Assembly (NCBI GenBank): GCA_964016885.1
Contig: OZ024759.1
Location: forward strand, 1,364,001 to 1,428,000
DNA length: 64,000 nt
Direction of reading: 5' to 3'
From: Eledone cirrhosa
Lineage: Eukaryota
Positions 63,661-64,000 of this stretch are shown one piece after another. The notes beneath the pieces were generated by a model that worked only from the letters and a program-made list of their open reading frames with translations, ran no database searches and was not told the DNA's origin. Within the stretch, counting starts at the first letter, position 1; the number at the start of each line of letters is the position of its first letter. The position numbers were made by a program, and so were the translations under genes.

Positions 63661-64000
63661 AACATGACAGTCTATATTAGTAACATGACACATTCTATAT
63701 TAGTAACATGACAAAGTCTATATTAGTAGCATGACAAAGTCTATATTAGTAACATGACAGTCTATATTAGTAACATGCCAAAGTCTATATTAGTAGCATG
63801 ACAAAGTCTATATTAGTAACATGACACAGTCTATATTAGTAACATGACACAGTCTATATTAGTAACATGACACAGTCTATATTAGTAGCATGACAAAGTC
63901 TATATTAGTAACATGACAAAGTCTATATTAGTAACATGACAAAGTCTATATTAGTAACATGACATAGTCTATATTAGTAGCATGACAAAGTCTATATTAG

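Larger units (their letters stand above)
1..64000. repeat. Tandem satellite array of a 23-bp monomer (GACACAGTCTATATTAGTAACAT / GACAAAGTCTATATTAGTAACAT, with 21-bp variant GACAGTCTATATTAGTAACAT), about 2,800 copies, single orientation, open at both ends
   Basis: The monomer reads directly from position 1 (gacacagtctatattagtaacat, 1-23) and continues without interruption or inversion to 64000. GC is 26-30% per monomer. The main polymorphisms are spacer ACA/AAA/A/ATA and TAAC/TAGC. Confidence 0.99.

Noticed and set aside
1-64000. CRISPR array (23-bp repeats with a variable segment)
   Set aside because: There are no unique spacers: the variable part is only 1-3 nt drawn from a few recurrent states. 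No leader or cas genes are present.
1-64000. Repeat-encoded protein (ATG in each monomer)
   Set aside because: The plus strand has TAG-TAA and TGA in almost every monomer, and the minus strand (ATGTTACTAATATAGACTGTGTC) has TAA and TAG. The 23-bp period rotates frames, so all six frames close within a few monomers.
1-64000. Telomerase-made long telomeric repeat (e.g. the 23-bp Candida albicans type)
   Set aside because: The sequence does not match that repeat and lacks a G-rich strand. Multi-kb blocks of inherited variants indicate recombinational amplification rather than templated addition.
1-64000. Variant order as an information-bearing code or synthetic data storage
   Set aside because: The order of monomer types is explained by nested duplication of ancestral blocks with rare point mutations. 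Nothing in the window indicates a reader, a delimiter or a designed structure.
1-64000. Rolling-circle or MDA concatemer artefact of a small circle
   Set aside because: A concatemer would give one fixed period with random errors. Here there are many nested periods with heritable block-specific variants. Local misassembly of individual blocks is still possible.
1-64000. Plasmid iterons or attC/integron-like sites
   Set aside because: Copy number is in the thousands, with no rep or integrase gene and no cassettes between repeats.

Overview
The whole 64-kb window is one uninterrupted head-to-tail tandem array (satellite or very long minisatellite) of an AT-rich 23-bp monomer, consensus GAC(A[C/A]A)GTCTATATTAGTA[A/G]CAT. 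A 21-bp deletion variant (GACAGTCTATATTAGTAACAT) is frequent, and 20-, 22- and 25-bp units are rare. There are about 2,800 monomers, all in the same orientation, and the array runs off both ends. I see no genes, RNA genes, mobile elements, CRISPR spacers or unique sequence, and all six frames are closed by stop codons every few monomers. The informative structure is the order of rare variant monomers. It shows nested higher-order duplications with offsets of about 336, 774, 837, 886, 1070, 1478, 2541, 2572, 2681 (x3), 4379, 7663, 11041, 17959 and 62130 bp. Common variation sits mostly in the spacer of a GAC-N(1/3)-GTC inverted repeat, and two multi-nucleotide variants extend that quasi-palindrome. 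The host cannot be identified from the sequence; eukaryotic satellite DNA is the most plausible source (inference). I found no evidence for a protein- or RNA-encoding novel system. Coordinates were counted by eye, and block boundaries are approximate.
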